From contig NHDW01000001.1 in the NCBI GenBank assembly GCA_002170535.1, forward strand, positions 1 to 57,898: a DNA stretch of 57,898 nucleotides, read 5' to 3'. How positions within the stretch are numbered: position 1 is the stretch's first letter; each line of letters begins with the position of its first letter. Shown here piece by piece: positions 38,272 through 49,287 of the stretch. Source of the DNA: Methylococcaceae bacterium TMED69. GTDB taxonomy: Bacteria > Pseudomonadota > Gammaproteobacteria > Ga0077536. The notes below the pieces were generated by a model, which was given only the letters and a program-made list of their open reading frames with translations, was not told the DNA's origin and ran no database searches. Position numbers and translations under genes: made by a program.

Positions 38272-41200
38272 TTGATAGTTCTGATAGAAAACAAACACGT
38301 GATCTAACTAAGTCTTTTATTATTCAAGCCGCTGCTGGTTCTGGAAAGACTACGCTTCTGATTAACAGGTTTATTCTGGCTCTGGCTTCATCTGAAAGGC
38401 CCGAAAAAGTGCTCGCGATAACATTTACGAAAAAAGCAGCCGAGGAGATGCGTGTAAGAGTTATCTCCTTTCTGAATACTACTGAAGACGAGTTAGAAGA
38501 TGATCTAGCTTTGGCATTAAAAATCATTAAAGAAAAGTCGCAAAGTAATAATTGGAATTTGCTTAAAGATCCATCGAGATTATCAATAATGACAATAGAC
38601 GCTTTTTGTATTTGGTTAAAATCAAGAGTGCCTTCGAGCAAAACTGGCTCTTACGCATATTCTATTGAAGAGTTTCCAGAAAATTTATACAAAAAATCAG
38701 CGCGTAATGCGATAAGACAGTTTGTCTTACGGGAAGGAAAAATAAACGAGAACCAACTAATGACCAATCTAGACAATGATTGGACGCGCTTGGAAAAATT
38801 TATTGTTGAAATGCTTTCTCACAGACAGCACTATTTGATGGATGTTGGATTAGATTTGGACAAAGACAACATAAATAAAAGTTTTAGAACATATGCAGTT
38901 CAAAAACTATCGGCTGTGAAGGCGTCTCTTAGTTCTGGGTTTTTTGAACAATTAATTTCTTTATATAATTATTCTTGTTCTAATTTTAACGAAGAAAAAA
39001 TACCAAATTCTTTAGCCTTTAACTTTGAGAATATTGTACTTTGGCAAAAGATTATCAAACGGCTTATTTTCAATCAAGACTTGTCATTAAAAAAAAGAAT
39101 AACCAGCTCCTCAGGATTTCCCAGTACCACCAAAGATGACTATACAGCTTTAAAAATGAAACAGGAGTGGAAGGATTTTATTGAGCGCATAAATAAAAAT
39201 GAAGATCTGCGTGATGGGTTGTTTGAGTTAGTCACTTTGCATCCTACTGGGTTGTCAAATTTTGAGGGAAATCTGTTAAGAGAGATTAGCACTATTTTTA
39301 AATATGCTACTGCATATCTTAGTTTAACTTTTGTTGAACAAAGAAAAATTGATTTTAGTCAACTCTTGATTGACGGGATTAATCTATTGGATGAAAGAAT
39401 AACTACTGAATACTTTTCTGACAACCTAGGATTTTGGTTTACCCATATCTTAGTTGATGAAGTACAAGATACTTCCGCAGCACAATTAGCTTTAATAAAA
39501 AAGGTCATAGCATATTGGGATGGAGATGAGAGAAATTCATTGTTTATGGTTGGCGATTTTATGCAATCTATTTATAGATTTAGAAAAGCATTGCCAGAAC
39601 ATTTTAGTAAAATATTAGAGACTGGAAAATTTGCTAATATCCATTTGGATTTAATAATTTTAAAATCTAATTTTCGTTCCCAAGCAAATCTTGTCAAATG
39701 GGTTAATGACGTAATGCCTAAAATAATTCACGCGAACGGTAGCAATAACTTGAATTTTCAGTTACAACTCGCCACTAAAAAAAGCGAAGGTAACCCAGTC
39801 CTTTTTTTTAACACTAAAAAATTTGGAGAAGGTTATGAGGCTAAGATTGTTTTAAATATCGTTAAAAATATCTCGGCAAGTGCTGACCGTAAAGGAGAAA
39901 TTATTACGGTTGGTATTCTTGCTCGAAGCCGCTCACACCTGAGCGAGATAATTCAACAACTAAACCTATCAAATGTGACATTTATTACTTCTGATATCCG
40001 AACGGTTAAGGATTTTGCCGTTGTTAATGAACTGCTCGCTATTACCAGATCCCTTCTTCATCCAGAAGACAAAGTAGCATTTCTAGCTTTTATATCAGGT
40101 CCTTGGATGGGAATGTCTTTAGCTGATATTCAAGATTTTACAGATTATTTTTTTTCTGACGATTTTGTTAATTCGGTTCGCAATAATTCGAGATTCAGTG
40201 GCTACCTTGACCTAATAGACCTAATTGACAAAGGAAGAAGGGAGCTCCAATATCTGACTTTAAGTTCCGTTGTTATGAAGATATGGGATGCGCTGAACGG
40301 CGGACAGTATTTTGCCGATCCAGATTCACTTTTAGCAGTTAATATTTTCTTTAAAGAACTTAGTTATTTGGAAACTGAAGAAAAAGTAATTACGAACGGA
40401 AAATTGGAGAGTCGGTTAAATGTCCCGTTTTCTGAAGCTGACCATAGTAGGAATATTAAAATCCAGCTAATGACCATTCATAAGTCTAAAGGACTTGAGT
40501 TTGATTACGTTATTTTACCAGGACTTAATAAGAGACCTAGGTATGACGAGCCAAGCATTATTGCCTCAAAACTTTTTAAGACAAAAAAAAATCAGCCTAT
40601 AGGCTTAGTAGCACCTTTTGTAAAAAATGATAAGGATTCCTTTTATAATTATTTAAATAATTTTGAAAAACAAAATCGGATGAATGAGGTTATTAGGCTT
40701 CTCTATGTTGTTTTAACACGTGCTAAGAAGAAAATCTTTATCTTGGGTGAGTTTGAAGAAAGTAATAGTTCTGAAGATTGTTTTTCTTCTCAACCAAATT
40801 CTCTTCAGTCCCTTCTAGTAAGTGCTTTAGGGCGCCCTCAGATAGAAGAGCCAAAATCTCCCCTTAAAGATTTCGTTGAAAAAAATAAAGAAATTCAAAA
40901 AAAAGCTGTTTCAACCAAAAATGCTCCCAAGCCCTTTCATTATGAGTTATATAAAGAACCCGAATCACACAAAAATAATTTGGAGTTTGATTGGGCGACT
41001 AATATAGCTCGCTGTGTTGGGGTAATCATCCATGAGATACTAGAAAGAATAGATGGTTCATCCTTTGAATTAGATAGAGATAGATGGAAGTTTGATTGCA
41101 GAGGTTATGCCCAGCAAAGAATTTGCTCTCTAGGCCTTTCAAGGTCGAAAGAGGAAGATGCCTTATTTAGAATTGATACTTGTCTGGAAAATATAAGCAA

Positions 41201-41531
41201 TAGCGGCAGATGTGATTGGCTATTTTCTAGTGGTCATCGGTTCATTCAGACGGAATATCAAGTAATGACTACCATTCGCGGGTCAAATGAGACCCTAATG
41301 ATGGATAGGATCTTTGTAGACCCAGAAAAAGTAAATTGGGTTGTGGACTTTAAAACCGGTTATCATCAAGGTAAGGATCTGGGAAATTTCTTACAAGAGG
41401 AAGTGAGGAGGCATCAGCCACAGTTAGATTTCTATGGTCAAATTATTTCGGAGCTAAGAGATGGGCCTTTAATGTTAGGCCTGTACTTCCCGCATTATGA
41501 TTTCTGGCATCAATGGCCTTACTCGACTTAA
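38268..41531 (+). CDS. addA: AddA-like UvrD helicase with C-terminal nuclease
   Basis: QAAAGSGKT, AITFTKKAA, LVDEVQDTS, VGDFMQSIYRFR, MTIHKSKGLEF, LYVVLTRA, MDR..VDFKTG. Confidence 0.88.
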   Translation: MIDSSDRKQTRDLTKSFIIQAAAGSGKTTLLINRFILALASSERPEKVLAITFTKKAAEEMRVRVISFLNTTEDELEDDLALALKIIKEKSQSNNWNLLKDPSRLSIMTIDAFCIWLKSRVPSSKTGSYAYSIEEFPENLYKKSARNAIRQFVLREGKINENQLMTNLDNDWTRLEKFIVEMLSHRQHYLMDVGLDLDKDNINKSFRTYAVQKLSAVKASLSSGFFEQLISLYNYSCSNFNEEKIPNSLAFNFENIVLWQKIIKRLIFNQDLSLKKRITSSSGFPSTTKDDYTALKMKQEWKDFIERINKNEDLRDGLFELVTLHPTGLSNFEGNLLREISTIFKYATAYLSLTFVEQRKIDFSQLLIDGINLLDERITTEYFSDNLGFWFTHILVDEVQDTSAAQLALIKKVIAYWDGDERNSLFMVGDFMQSIYRFRKALPEHFSKILETGKFANIHLDLIILKSNFRSQANLVKWVNDVMPKIIHANGSNNLNFQLQLATKKSEGNPVLFFNTKKFGEGYEAKIVLNIVKNISASADRKGEIITVGILARSRSHLSEIIQQLNLSNVTFITSDIRTVKDFAVVNELLAITRSLLHPEDKVAFLAFISGPWMGMSLADIQDFTDYFFSDDFVNSVRNNSRFSGYLDLIDLIDKGRRELQYLTLSSVVMKIWDALNGGQYFADPDSLLAVNIFFKELSYLETEEKVITNGKLESRLNVPFSEADHSRNIKIQLMTIHKSKGLEFDYVILPGLNKRPRYDEPSIIASKLFKTKKNQPIGLVAPFVKNDKDSFYNYLNNFEKQNRMNEVIRLLYVVLTRAKKKIFILGEFEESNSSEDCFSSQPNSLQSLLVSALGRPQIEEPKSPLKDFVEKNKEIQKKAVSTKNAPKPFHYELYKEPESHKNNLEFDWATNIARCVGVIIHEILERIDGSSFELDRDRWKFDCRGYAQQRICSLGLSRSKEEDALFRIDTCLENISNSGRCDWLFSSGHRFIQTEYQVMTTIRGSNETLMMDRIFVDPEKVNWVVDFKTGYHQGKDLGNFLQEEVRRHQPQLDFYGQIISELRDGPLMLGLYFPHYDFWHQWPYST

Positions 41532-41538
41532 AGAAAAT

Positions 41539-42171
41539 CTATCTGTCATCTCGAAACTGTTTTTGTAACATCTCCCTTCTTTCTTGAGCATCAACAGTAA
41601 GGGTAGCTGTTGGCCTTGCTTCTAATCGGCGTAATCCTATTTCTTCACCTGTCTCCTCACAATAGCCGTAAGTTCCGTCGCCTATTCTTCTCAAGGCGGA
41701 ATCGATTTTTGACAATAATTTTCTGTATCTATCTCGGGTTCTTAACTCGAGAATATTGTCACTTTCCCTGCTTGCCCTCTCAGCCTCATCGCTAACATCT
41801 CGTGATTCTGTTTTTAAATTATACAAAGTTTCTTGAGATTGACTAATAAGTTCATCTTTCCAGTCTATTAATTTACCTTTAAAGTAAGCAAGCTGTTTCT
41901 CATTCATGTATTCTTCATTATCACTAGGTTTGTAATTGACATCAAGACTAGCATTTTCTAATTTTGTTAATGAGTTCAATTTTGACTTGCTGGTGTTTTT
42001 ATTAACACTGGATCTTTTCTTAGTAATCTTTTTCTTCTTTGAGGTCATCGATTTTTGAGGTTTATTTTTGGTCGACTTGGCCTTCGCTATAACAGTTTTT
42101 GATGACTGAGCTGAGGTCTTCGGTTTGGTTGTTTTTTTCTTGCTAGAAGAGATTACTTTTTTCTTACTCAT
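41539..42171 (-). CDS. dksA: RNA polymerase-binding protein DksA with Lys-rich N-terminal extension
   Basis: EEYMNEKQLAYF, ELRTRDRYRKL, YGYCEETGEEIGLRRLEARPTAT. Confidence 0.95.
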   Translation of the reverse strand: MSKKKVISSSKKKTTKPKTSAQSSKTVIAKAKSTKNKPQKSMTSKKKKITKKRSSVNKNTSKSKLNSLTKLENASLDVNYKPSDNEEYMNEKQLAYFKGKLIDWKDELISQSQETLYNLKTESRDVSDEAERASRESDNILELRTRDRYRKLLSKIDSALRRIGDGTYGYCEETGEEIGLRRLEARPTATLTVDAQERREMLQKQFRDDR

Positions 42172-42503
42172 AGGCTTCCACTACAATGAAATTAAACTTT
42201 ATCTTTTTAAAAAAAATTTGACGCGAAACAATAATCATTTTCTACGATAAGCGCAAGTAAAAACTATATTTTTTTAAGGTTTTTGTAAAATTTGTCAACT
42301 ATTTAAGCATTTGATCGAAAATAATAGGGTATTTCCATAATTCACTAAATTAAATCACTTAATTCAAAATGGTTGGCAAAACGCCTTATTTATAGGTGTT
42401 TTCTCCTTTGTTAAATTGAAAAAAGGCAATTTCATTGTGGTATAATCTAGGTTGTGGTCAATTTTTGGGCAACATACGTATTATTAATTTTGTAGGATTT
42501 TAT

Positions 42504-42824
42504 ATGTCTCGGACACTTTGGATTATTTTAGGTTTACCCTTTTTAGTCTTTAATAATCAAATATTTGCGATAGAGGGAAATCCGGCACTCGGGAAAAAAA
42601 AGTCGGAAACATGTCTAGGTTGTCATGGTGTGACAGGCTATTCTAATGTTTATCCATCTTATAAAGTCCCCAAAATAGGGGGACAAAACAAAGATTACTT
42701 AATTAGTGCATTGAAAGCATATAAAGCTGGCGATAGAAAACATGGGACAATGCAAGCAAACTCTTACAGGTTGTCCGAAGAGGATATGCACGACATCGCT
42801 GCCTATTTGTCTTCGGTTAAATAA
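42504..42824 (+). CDS. Class I cytochrome c (c553/c4-like, monoheme)
   Basis: Signal peptide, CLGCH, VPKIGGQ, R.HGTM axial Met. Start at ATG 42504. Confidence 0.92.
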   Translation: MSRTLWIILGLPFLVFNNQIFAIEGNPALGKKKSETCLGCHGVTGYSNVYPSYKVPKIGGQNKDYLISALKAYKAGDRKHGTMQANSYRLSEEDMHDIAAYLSSVK

Positions 42825-42853
42825 GTAAAAAATGCCTTCAGGGAGCAGTTAAA

Positions 42854-43204
42854 TTGGTAATAGATAAAAGATATTTTTGGCTAACTATGGGTTTGAGTTC
42901 AATTTTTTTACTTTTTTTTAGTTTAAATGCTCCGGCAAACAGCATGACTTATGAACAAAAACTGAATGCCTGCGCCGCCTGTCATGGAGTTAATGGCGAT
43001 AAACCTGTTGTACCAAGCTATCCAATATTGGCAGGTCAGTACGAAGATTATTTAGTTAATTCCCTCCAAGCCTATAAAAGTGGAAGAAGAATACACCCTA
43101 TAATGAATGCTCAGGTAAAACTCCTCGGTTTAACCGACTCAGATATAAATCGGTTAAGTCGACACTTTTCGAAGAAGAAAAGTTTAAAAGGACTGGCGGA
43201 GTAG
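42854..43204 (+). CDS. Class I cytochrome c (c553/c4-like, monoheme)
   Basis: CAACH, YPILAGQYEDYL, R.HPIM. Confidence 0.92.
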   Translation: MVIDKRYFWLTMGLSSIFLLFFSLNAPANSMTYEQKLNACAACHGVNGDKPVVPSYPILAGQYEDYLVNSLQAYKSGRRIHPIMNAQVKLLGLTDSDINRLSRHFSKKKSLKGLAE

Positions 43205-43258
43205 GAATTAACCACTCCTTTATTTTTTACCGTGTACTTCTGTTAGGACCAATTAAAG

Positions 43259-44647
43259 TTGTTTAGTTCAATGAAAAAAATTATATCTTTCTTTACTAGC
43301 CATACTGTTTGGAAAACTTTAATAAATCGAATCGAGGGAATTAAAAAAACCTCTTTCGGTGATTTGGTAATCAATCAAACTGTTAAATTGAAAAAAATTC
43401 CATTGGCTTCAGCCATAATTTTTTTCAGCGTTTTGATATCTATCTTAATCGTAAAAACCAGACCTGAAACACAGGCTCAACCAAAAATTGAAAAAATTTG
43501 GCCAGTCGCAGTTATATCTGCCGAATCAATAGATATGCAACCCAAGATAACGATATACGGTGAAGTTAGAGCATCTCGAATGGCTTTGATAAGAAGTAAG
43601 CTTAGAGGAAAAATAGTTTCACTTAACCCTGCATTCAAGGATGGCAATTTTGTTGAATCAGGAATTGAATTACTGACCATAGAGCGGGCTCGGTACGAAC
43701 ACCAGACTGCAGAAAAGAGAGCTGATCTTTTCCATTCGGAAGCTATTTTAGAAGAATTAAAAAAAGAGCTTATTTTTGAAGAAAAACTCAAAATTGTTGC
43801 GAAAAAGCAGTTAGATATATCTAATAGAAATGTGGATAGAATTTCTGCACTTGTTTCGCAAGGTCGAGAGAGCAAGCAATTAATTGATGACACCAAGTCT
43901 AAATACGCGACTCGCGAGCAGGATTATTTATTGAAGGGTCAGAGAGTCAGTAAGTTAGAAGCAAAGATCAAACAACAAGAAGCCCTTTATGATAAAAAAG
44001 CGGCAACTTTGGCGATAGCGGAAACTGAATTGTCCGAAACCGTCATTCGAAGCCCACTCAATGGGTTCGTATCAGACGTCTCCCTGGCTTTTGGGCAGCT
44101 TCTAGAGAGTGGCGAAACAGTAGGCCGTATCTTATCATCCAAAGAATTAGAAGTTAGGTTTGAGTTACCCGAAGCAGATTACGGACGCTTCACTAAAAAC
44201 TCGGCATCAAAAGAAAATAAAACTGAAGCCAAGGACCTAATAGGCAGAATCTTAACAATCAATTGGAACCTGGGTTCTGAGCAGCTCTCATTTAACGCCA
44301 AGTTAAGTAGGATAGGGGCAGAAATGAATCCAGAAACTGGAGGCGTTGAGATGTTTGCTTCATTGCAAAATGATGCATCAGAACTTGGTCTTAGAGCAGG
44401 CGCTTTTGTAGAAGTGGTTTTTCCAGATTTTATATACAGAAATGTTTATGAATTACCTGAAAGAGCTGTAACGGACGAAAACTATATTTATGTGGTTAGG
44501 GATCAGAGACTCGTCCGGTTGCCAATTGAAGTTGTAGGTCGATCTAACAATAATTTTTTGATTCGGTCTAAGATCAATTCAGGTGAGTTGATAGTTTCGA
44601 GATTATTCGAAAATATTAGTCCAGGGTTGCGTGTCAAAGTACTGTGA
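43259..44647 (+). CDS. RND efflux periplasmic adaptor (membrane fusion protein)
   Basis: TM anchor, lipoyl-like halves, long helical hairpin, IRSPLNG, GAFVEV; 4-bp overlap with the permease. Confidence 0.9.
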   Translation: MFSSMKKIISFFTSHTVWKTLINRIEGIKKTSFGDLVINQTVKLKKIPLASAIIFFSVLISILIVKTRPETQAQPKIEKIWPVAVISAESIDMQPKITIYGEVRASRMALIRSKLRGKIVSLNPAFKDGNFVESGIELLTIERARYEHQTAEKRADLFHSEAILEELKKELIFEEKLKIVAKKQLDISNRNVDRISALVSQGRESKQLIDDTKSKYATREQDYLLKGQRVSKLEAKIKQQEALYDKKAATLAIAETELSETVIRSPLNGFVSDVSLAFGQLLESGETVGRILSSKELEVRFELPEADYGRFTKNSASKENKTEAKDLIGRILTINWNLGSEQLSFNAKLSRIGAEMNPETGGVEMFASLQNDASELGLRAGAFVEVVFPDFIYRNVYELPERAVTDENYIYVVRDQRLVRLPIEVVGRSNNNFLIRSKINSGELIVSRLFENISPGLRVKVL

Positions 44648-47600
44648 GTCGTGGTCTGTTTTTTAAGTCCCTAATTACTCTTTTCGCTAGGCATCCTACT
44701 GCGCCTAATCTCATTTTAGTTTTGATGATAGCCTGCGGCATAGTTGCTTCAACCAGTATAAACAGACAATTCTTCCCTGATTTTGGCTTAGATTACATAA
44801 CGATATCGATAGCGTGGCCCGGCGCTTCTGCCAATGATGTTGATGCAACCATCGTACAAGCCGTTGAGCCTTCTGTACGCTTTCTTAATGGAGTAAAAAA
44901 CGTTAGCTCGGTTTCTTATGAGGGCTTGTCTTCAACAACCGTCGAATTTTTTGCTGATCATGATATGCAATTAGCACTGTCGGAGGTTGAGTCGGCAGTA
45001 AGCCAGTTGCAGACGTTGCCCTCCGGTAGCGAAAGGCCACTTATAAAAAAAGTACAGAGGTATGAAACTGTTTCTAAGCTAGTTATTTGGGGTGAGGTTC
45101 CAGAAGGAGAAATTAAAAAAAATGCAAAGCTGATTAGAGATCAATTTCTCTCCTTAGGAGTTGAAAATGTTACGTTAAGAGGCCTTAGAAAGGATCTAGT
45201 TCTGGTTGAGATTAGCCCCGATGCTATCCATAAATATAAGTTATCGATTGATGAGATTGCAGATAGGTTGCGAATGCTTTCGATTGATATGCCTGCCGGA
45301 GAAATATTAGGCGGACAAAAGCAAATCAGAAGTGTTGGGCAAAAAACTCAAGCGAGGGAGTTCAAAGAATTAGAAATTAAATCCTTACCGAAGGGTCAGA
45401 AGCTTTTGCTAAAAAATTTAGCCAAGGTTTCGGAATCAGTTGAAGAAGACGCTGTTCAATACTTCAGAAATGGATTCCCGGCTATTGAGATTGATATTCA
45501 GCGTTCAACTAAGACTGACGCCCTTAAAATTTCCGATCTTGTAAAAAAGGAATTAATTGATTTACAGAGAATGATGCCCCCCAACGTTAATTTGGAAGAA
45601 TACGATGTTAAGGCTGAAAGCATTAAAGAGCGAATCAATCTGCTGATTTTCAACGGTGTAAGCGGTCTCTTACTTGTACTAGTTGTTCTATTCTTATTCA
45701 TGCGATTTAGAGTGGCTCTCTGGATTGCGGTCGGAATTCCTGCGTCATTGCTAGCTACAATTGCGATGATGCAGATAAGTGGCCAAACCATTAATATGGT
45801 CAGTTTATTTGGGATGATAATGGCGATTGGCATCGTGGTAGACGATGCAATAGTAGTAGGTGAGCATGCCGACTACCACAGTAGTAGTGGATTAGAACCG
45901 ATGGATGCCGCTATATTGGGAGCCTCTAATATGGCAGTTCCTGTAATCAGCTCAACCTTAACTACTATTGCTGCCTTTATCCCTTTATTCATTATTTCTG
46001 GAATAATGGGGCAGATAATTTCAGCTATCCCATTTGTGGTAGTTACCGTTTTAATTGCTAGTCTACTGGAATGTTTTTTGGTTTTACCTTTTCATCTAGG
46101 AAATAGTTTTAGAAAACCAGAAGATACCTCTTTTCTTACCAAGGTAACTAATAAAACCAATAAAAAATTTCAAGAATTTAAGAGTGACAAGTTTAAATTT
46201 TGGGTTAGGACATCTGTAGAAAATCGATATTCAACCCTTGCCATTTCGATTTCTTTGTTCATTTTGTCACTTTCTCTGATTATTGGCGGAAGAGTTGGCT
46301 ATCAGTTTTTTCCTTCGCCTGAGCCTAATATGATTTATGCAAATTTAAAAATGCTGCCCGGCTCCTCTAGAGCAGAAACCAAAGCTGTTGTTTTAAGACT
46401 AGAAAAATCATTATTAGATGCTGTCGTTACGATGGGTCATCAACCCGATGCTTTGAAGATGTCATTAGGTATAGTGGGGGCTAACGTAAGTAATAATAAA
46501 CAGAGTTCGAGTAGCACGGATGTACTTGGCGGAGTGATCGTAGAGCTAATCTCCTCCGATAAAAGAAGTTTTAAATCAGATGAGTTAATTAAAGAATGGA
46601 GAAACCAAACTGGCTGGCCGGAGGGAATTGATAACTTGACTTTTGTGGGTCAGAGGTCGGGTCCACCAGGAGGTGATCTAGATATCCGTATATCTGGCTC
46701 CTCCGAAATTGAAACGCGCCGATTAAAAAATATTGCTATAGAAGTAGCTGATTTAACTAAGCGTTATCCAGGAATTTCAAATGTAGATGATGATTTACCA
46801 TTCGGTAAACCAGAAATCTTGGTTACAGTTTCTGAGCGAGGTCTATCCATGGGATATTCAACAAGTCTTGTTGCAAGACAAGTTAGAAGTCATATCGATG
46901 GTGTTATTGCGACAAGATTCGCAAGATCAGACGAGGAAGTGAACGTAAAACTAAAACTAGAATCAAAAAACATAGAAAATGATTTCCTTCAAAATATTTA
47001 TCTTAAAAGTCCCGACGGAACAATTAGCACACTAAAAACAGTTGTTGACCTAGAGCAAGAAAGTGGCTTTCTTAGAATTAAGAGAGAAAACGGTATAAAG
47101 GAAGTGTCGATTACCGCAGATATTGATGAGTCTGTTACAAGGCTTGATTATATTAGGGACGCTTTGGTTAAAGATGGATTAAATGAGATTGCAGACTCAA
47201 ACAATCTAAAATTAAGATATGATGGACGGGCCAGAGAACAAAAAGAAACATCGGAAGATATGAGAAAAGGAGCAATATTAGGGCTAATACTGATATATAT
47301 TATACTTGCTTGGGTGTTCTCAAGTTATACCAGACCGCTCGTTGTGATTTCTGTAATTCCCTTCGGATTAATTGGAACAGTTCTAGGACATTTAGTATTG
47401 GGTTTTGATCTTACTATCTTAAGTTTTTTTGCGATACTAGGACTTTCTGGGATATTAATAAACGATTCTATAGTTCTAGTACGGAGGATAGACGAAAGAG
47501 CTGAGCATGAGTCACTTGAGGATGCGGTAGTCAATGGTAGTTGCGATAGGTTAAGAGCTGTTGCGTTAACTTCGGCTACTACTATTGGAGGTCTTACCCC

Positions 47601-47757
47601 TCTTTTATTTGAGAAAAGTTTACAAGCTCAATTTCTGATCCCTATGGCCATTACTATGGTTTTTGGAATTGCATTTGCGACTCTGATTATTTTATTCATA
47701 ATTCCATCCTTAATACTAAGCGTAGAAGATCTTAAAAAGGTAATATCACGTAGCTAA
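44644..47757 (+). CDS. RND efflux permease (AcrB/AcrD/AcrF family)
   Basis: 1037 aa; WPGAS, GIVVDDAIVVGE, GILINDSIVL, RLRAVALTSATT. Confidence 0.95.
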   Translation: MSRGLFFKSLITLFARHPTAPNLILVLMIACGIVASTSINRQFFPDFGLDYITISIAWPGASANDVDATIVQAVEPSVRFLNGVKNVSSVSYEGLSSTTVEFFADHDMQLALSEVESAVSQLQTLPSGSERPLIKKVQRYETVSKLVIWGEVPEGEIKKNAKLIRDQFLSLGVENVTLRGLRKDLVLVEISPDAIHKYKLSIDEIADRLRMLSIDMPAGEILGGQKQIRSVGQKTQAREFKELEIKSLPKGQKLLLKNLAKVSESVEEDAVQYFRNGFPAIEIDIQRSTKTDALKISDLVKKELIDLQRMMPPNVNLEEYDVKAESIKERINLLIFNGVSGLLLVLVVLFLFMRFRVALWIAVGIPASLLATIAMMQISGQTINMVSLFGMIMAIGIVVDDAIVVGEHADYHSSSGLEPMDAAILGASNMAVPVISSTLTTIAAFIPLFIISGIMGQIISAIPFVVVTVLIASLLECFLVLPFHLGNSFRKPEDTSFLTKVTNKTNKKFQEFKSDKFKFWVRTSVENRYSTLAISISLFILSLSLIIGGRVGYQFFPSPEPNMIYANLKMLPGSSRAETKAVVLRLEKSLLDAVVTMGHQPDALKMSLGIVGANVSNNKQSSSSTDVLGGVIVELISSDKRSFKSDELIKEWRNQTGWPEGIDNLTFVGQRSGPPGGDLDIRISGSSEIETRRLKNIAIEVADLTKRYPGISNVDDDLPFGKPEILVTVSERGLSMGYSTSLVARQVRSHIDGVIATRFARSDEEVNVKLKLESKNIENDFLQNIYLKSPDGTISTLKTVVDLEQESGFLRIKRENGIKEVSITADIDESVTRLDYIRDALVKDGLNEIADSNNLKLRYDGRAREQKETSEDMRKGAILGLILIYIILAWVFSSYTRPLVVISVIPFGLIGTVLGHLVLGFDLTILSFFAILGLSGILINDSIVLVRRIDERAEHESLEDAVVNGSCDRLRAVALTSATTIGGLTPLLFEKSLQAQFLIPMAITMVFGIAFATLIILFIIPSLILSVEDLKKVISRS

Positions 47758-47956
47758 ACTGGATAGTCCTTTTTTTTTTAACAGAGGTTATTTTAAAAAA
47801 AAAATTAAATATCTAAACTAAAGCTCTGAATATGATACATTTTTCTTAAAAAAAAAGAATTTGAAAAATGAAAATCAAAAAAATACCTTGGTTTCCCTTT
47901 TTAGAAAAACTAAAATTATAAGTATTAGGTTATATAGACATAAAGGCAAAATTAGT

Positions 47957-49258
47957 GTGAGTAAAAAAGAAAATTTAAATACAGCGGGATTAAATATCAA
48001 AAATGAAAGTTATGGCTTTGAATTGAAAGATGGAACTCTTGGTCCGAGTGTTATCGATATTTCTTCTCTTTATGGTGAAACGGGTCAGTTTACTTATGAC
48101 CCCGGTTTTACATCTACAGCTAGTTGTGAATCCAAAATTACATATATAGATGGTGAAAAAGGCATCCTTCTATATAGAGGGTATCCAATAGATGAGTTGG
48201 CAGAAGAAAGTAACTTTGTAGAGACGGCCTATTTATTACTAAGCGGTGAGTTGCCGACAAAAGAGGAATATCAAGAGTTTGAGTTAGCTATTACTCACCA
48301 TACAATGGTGCATGAGCAATTGATTAAATTCTATAATGGTTTTAGAAGTGACGCACATCCCATGGCCATCATGTGCGGAGTAGTAGGGGCCTTGTCAGCC
48401 TTTTATCACGATTCTACTGACGTGAATGACCCCCACCAAAGAATGATAGCTGGTCGCAGATTGATTGCTAAAATGCCAACGATAGCAGCTATGGCTTTCA
48501 AATTTTCGCTCGGCCAACCCTTCGTTTACCCAAACAACGAATTGGATTATACCGCTAATTTTTTAAATATGTGTTTTGCCGTTCCTGCCGCGAAAAATCA
48601 AATATCACCTACCATCGCACGAGCATTGGACAAAATTTTCATTCTTCATGCCGATCATGAGCAAAACGCGTCTACATCTACGGTTAGACTTGCAAGCTCA
48701 TCTGGAGCGAATCCTTTTGCTGCGATAGCCGCGGGAATTGCTTGTTTGTGGGGACCCGCACACGGGGGCGCAAACGAAGCAGCGCTTAATATGCTCATGG
48801 AAATAGGCTCCGTTGATAAAATTCCTGAATTTATAAAAAAAGCTAAAGATAAAAATGATCCTTTCCGGCTAATGGGATTCGGTCATAGGGTATATAAAAA
48901 TTATGATCCTAGGGCAAAGGTTATGCAGGCAACCTGTCATGAGGTTTTAAAGGAGCTAGGGATCGTCGATGATCCATTACTCCAAGTAGCCTTAGAACTC
49001 GAAAAAATCGCACTTAATGATGATTATTTTGTGGAGAAGAAATTATACCCTAATATTGATTTTTATTCGGGTATAACGCTCAAAGCAATGGGGTTTCCTA
49101 CAACCATGTTTACCGCTCTATTTGCGCTAGCAAGGACTGTAGGCTGGGTCGCTCAATGGAATGAGATGATCGAGGATCCAAGTCAAAGGATAGGTAGACC
49201 GAGACAATTATATACTGGATATGATCGACGAAAATATTCAAAACTCGATGTGCGTTAG
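47957..49258 (+). CDS. gltA: Citrate synthase (type II)
   Basis: [54 protein letters not shown]. Start taken at in-frame GTG 47957. Confidence 0.97.
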   Translation: MSKKENLNTAGLNIKNESYGFELKDGTLGPSVIDISSLYGETGQFTYDPGFTSTASCESKITYIDGEKGILLYRGYPIDELAEESNFVETAYLLLSGELPTKEEYQEFELAITHHTMVHEQLIKFYNGFRSDAHPMAIMCGVVGALSAFYHDSTDVNDPHQRMIAGRRLIAKMPTIAAMAFKFSLGQPFVYPNNELDYTANFLNMCFAVPAAKNQISPTIARALDKIFILHADHEQNASTSTVRLASSSGANPFAAIAAGIACLWGPAHGGANEAALNMLMEIGSVDKIPEFIKKAKDKNDPFRLMGFGHRVYKNYDPRAKVMQATCHEVLKELGIVDDPLLQVALELEKIALNDDYFVEKKLYPNIDFYSGITLKAMGFPTTMFTALFALARTVGWVAQWNEMIEDPSQRIGRPRQLYTGYDRRKYSKLDVR

Positions 49259-49287
49259 ATAAAAGATGTTTAGAGAGGGATTTTACG

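Noticed and set aside
35306-41531. TerB + nuclease + helicase as a possible anti-phage system
   Set aside because: Motifs and the Fe-S staple fit housekeeping AddAB, and the context (rsmE, argH, dksA) is core genome.
47769-47857. Cluster of poly-T/poly-A tracts between the RND permease and gltA
   Set aside because: Low-complexity intergenic DNA common in this window; no defined element.
47861-47956. Lys-rich N-terminal extension on citrate synthase in the ORF track
   Set aside because: TTG-initiated read through A/T-rich promoter DNA; GTG 47957 gives a normal length.
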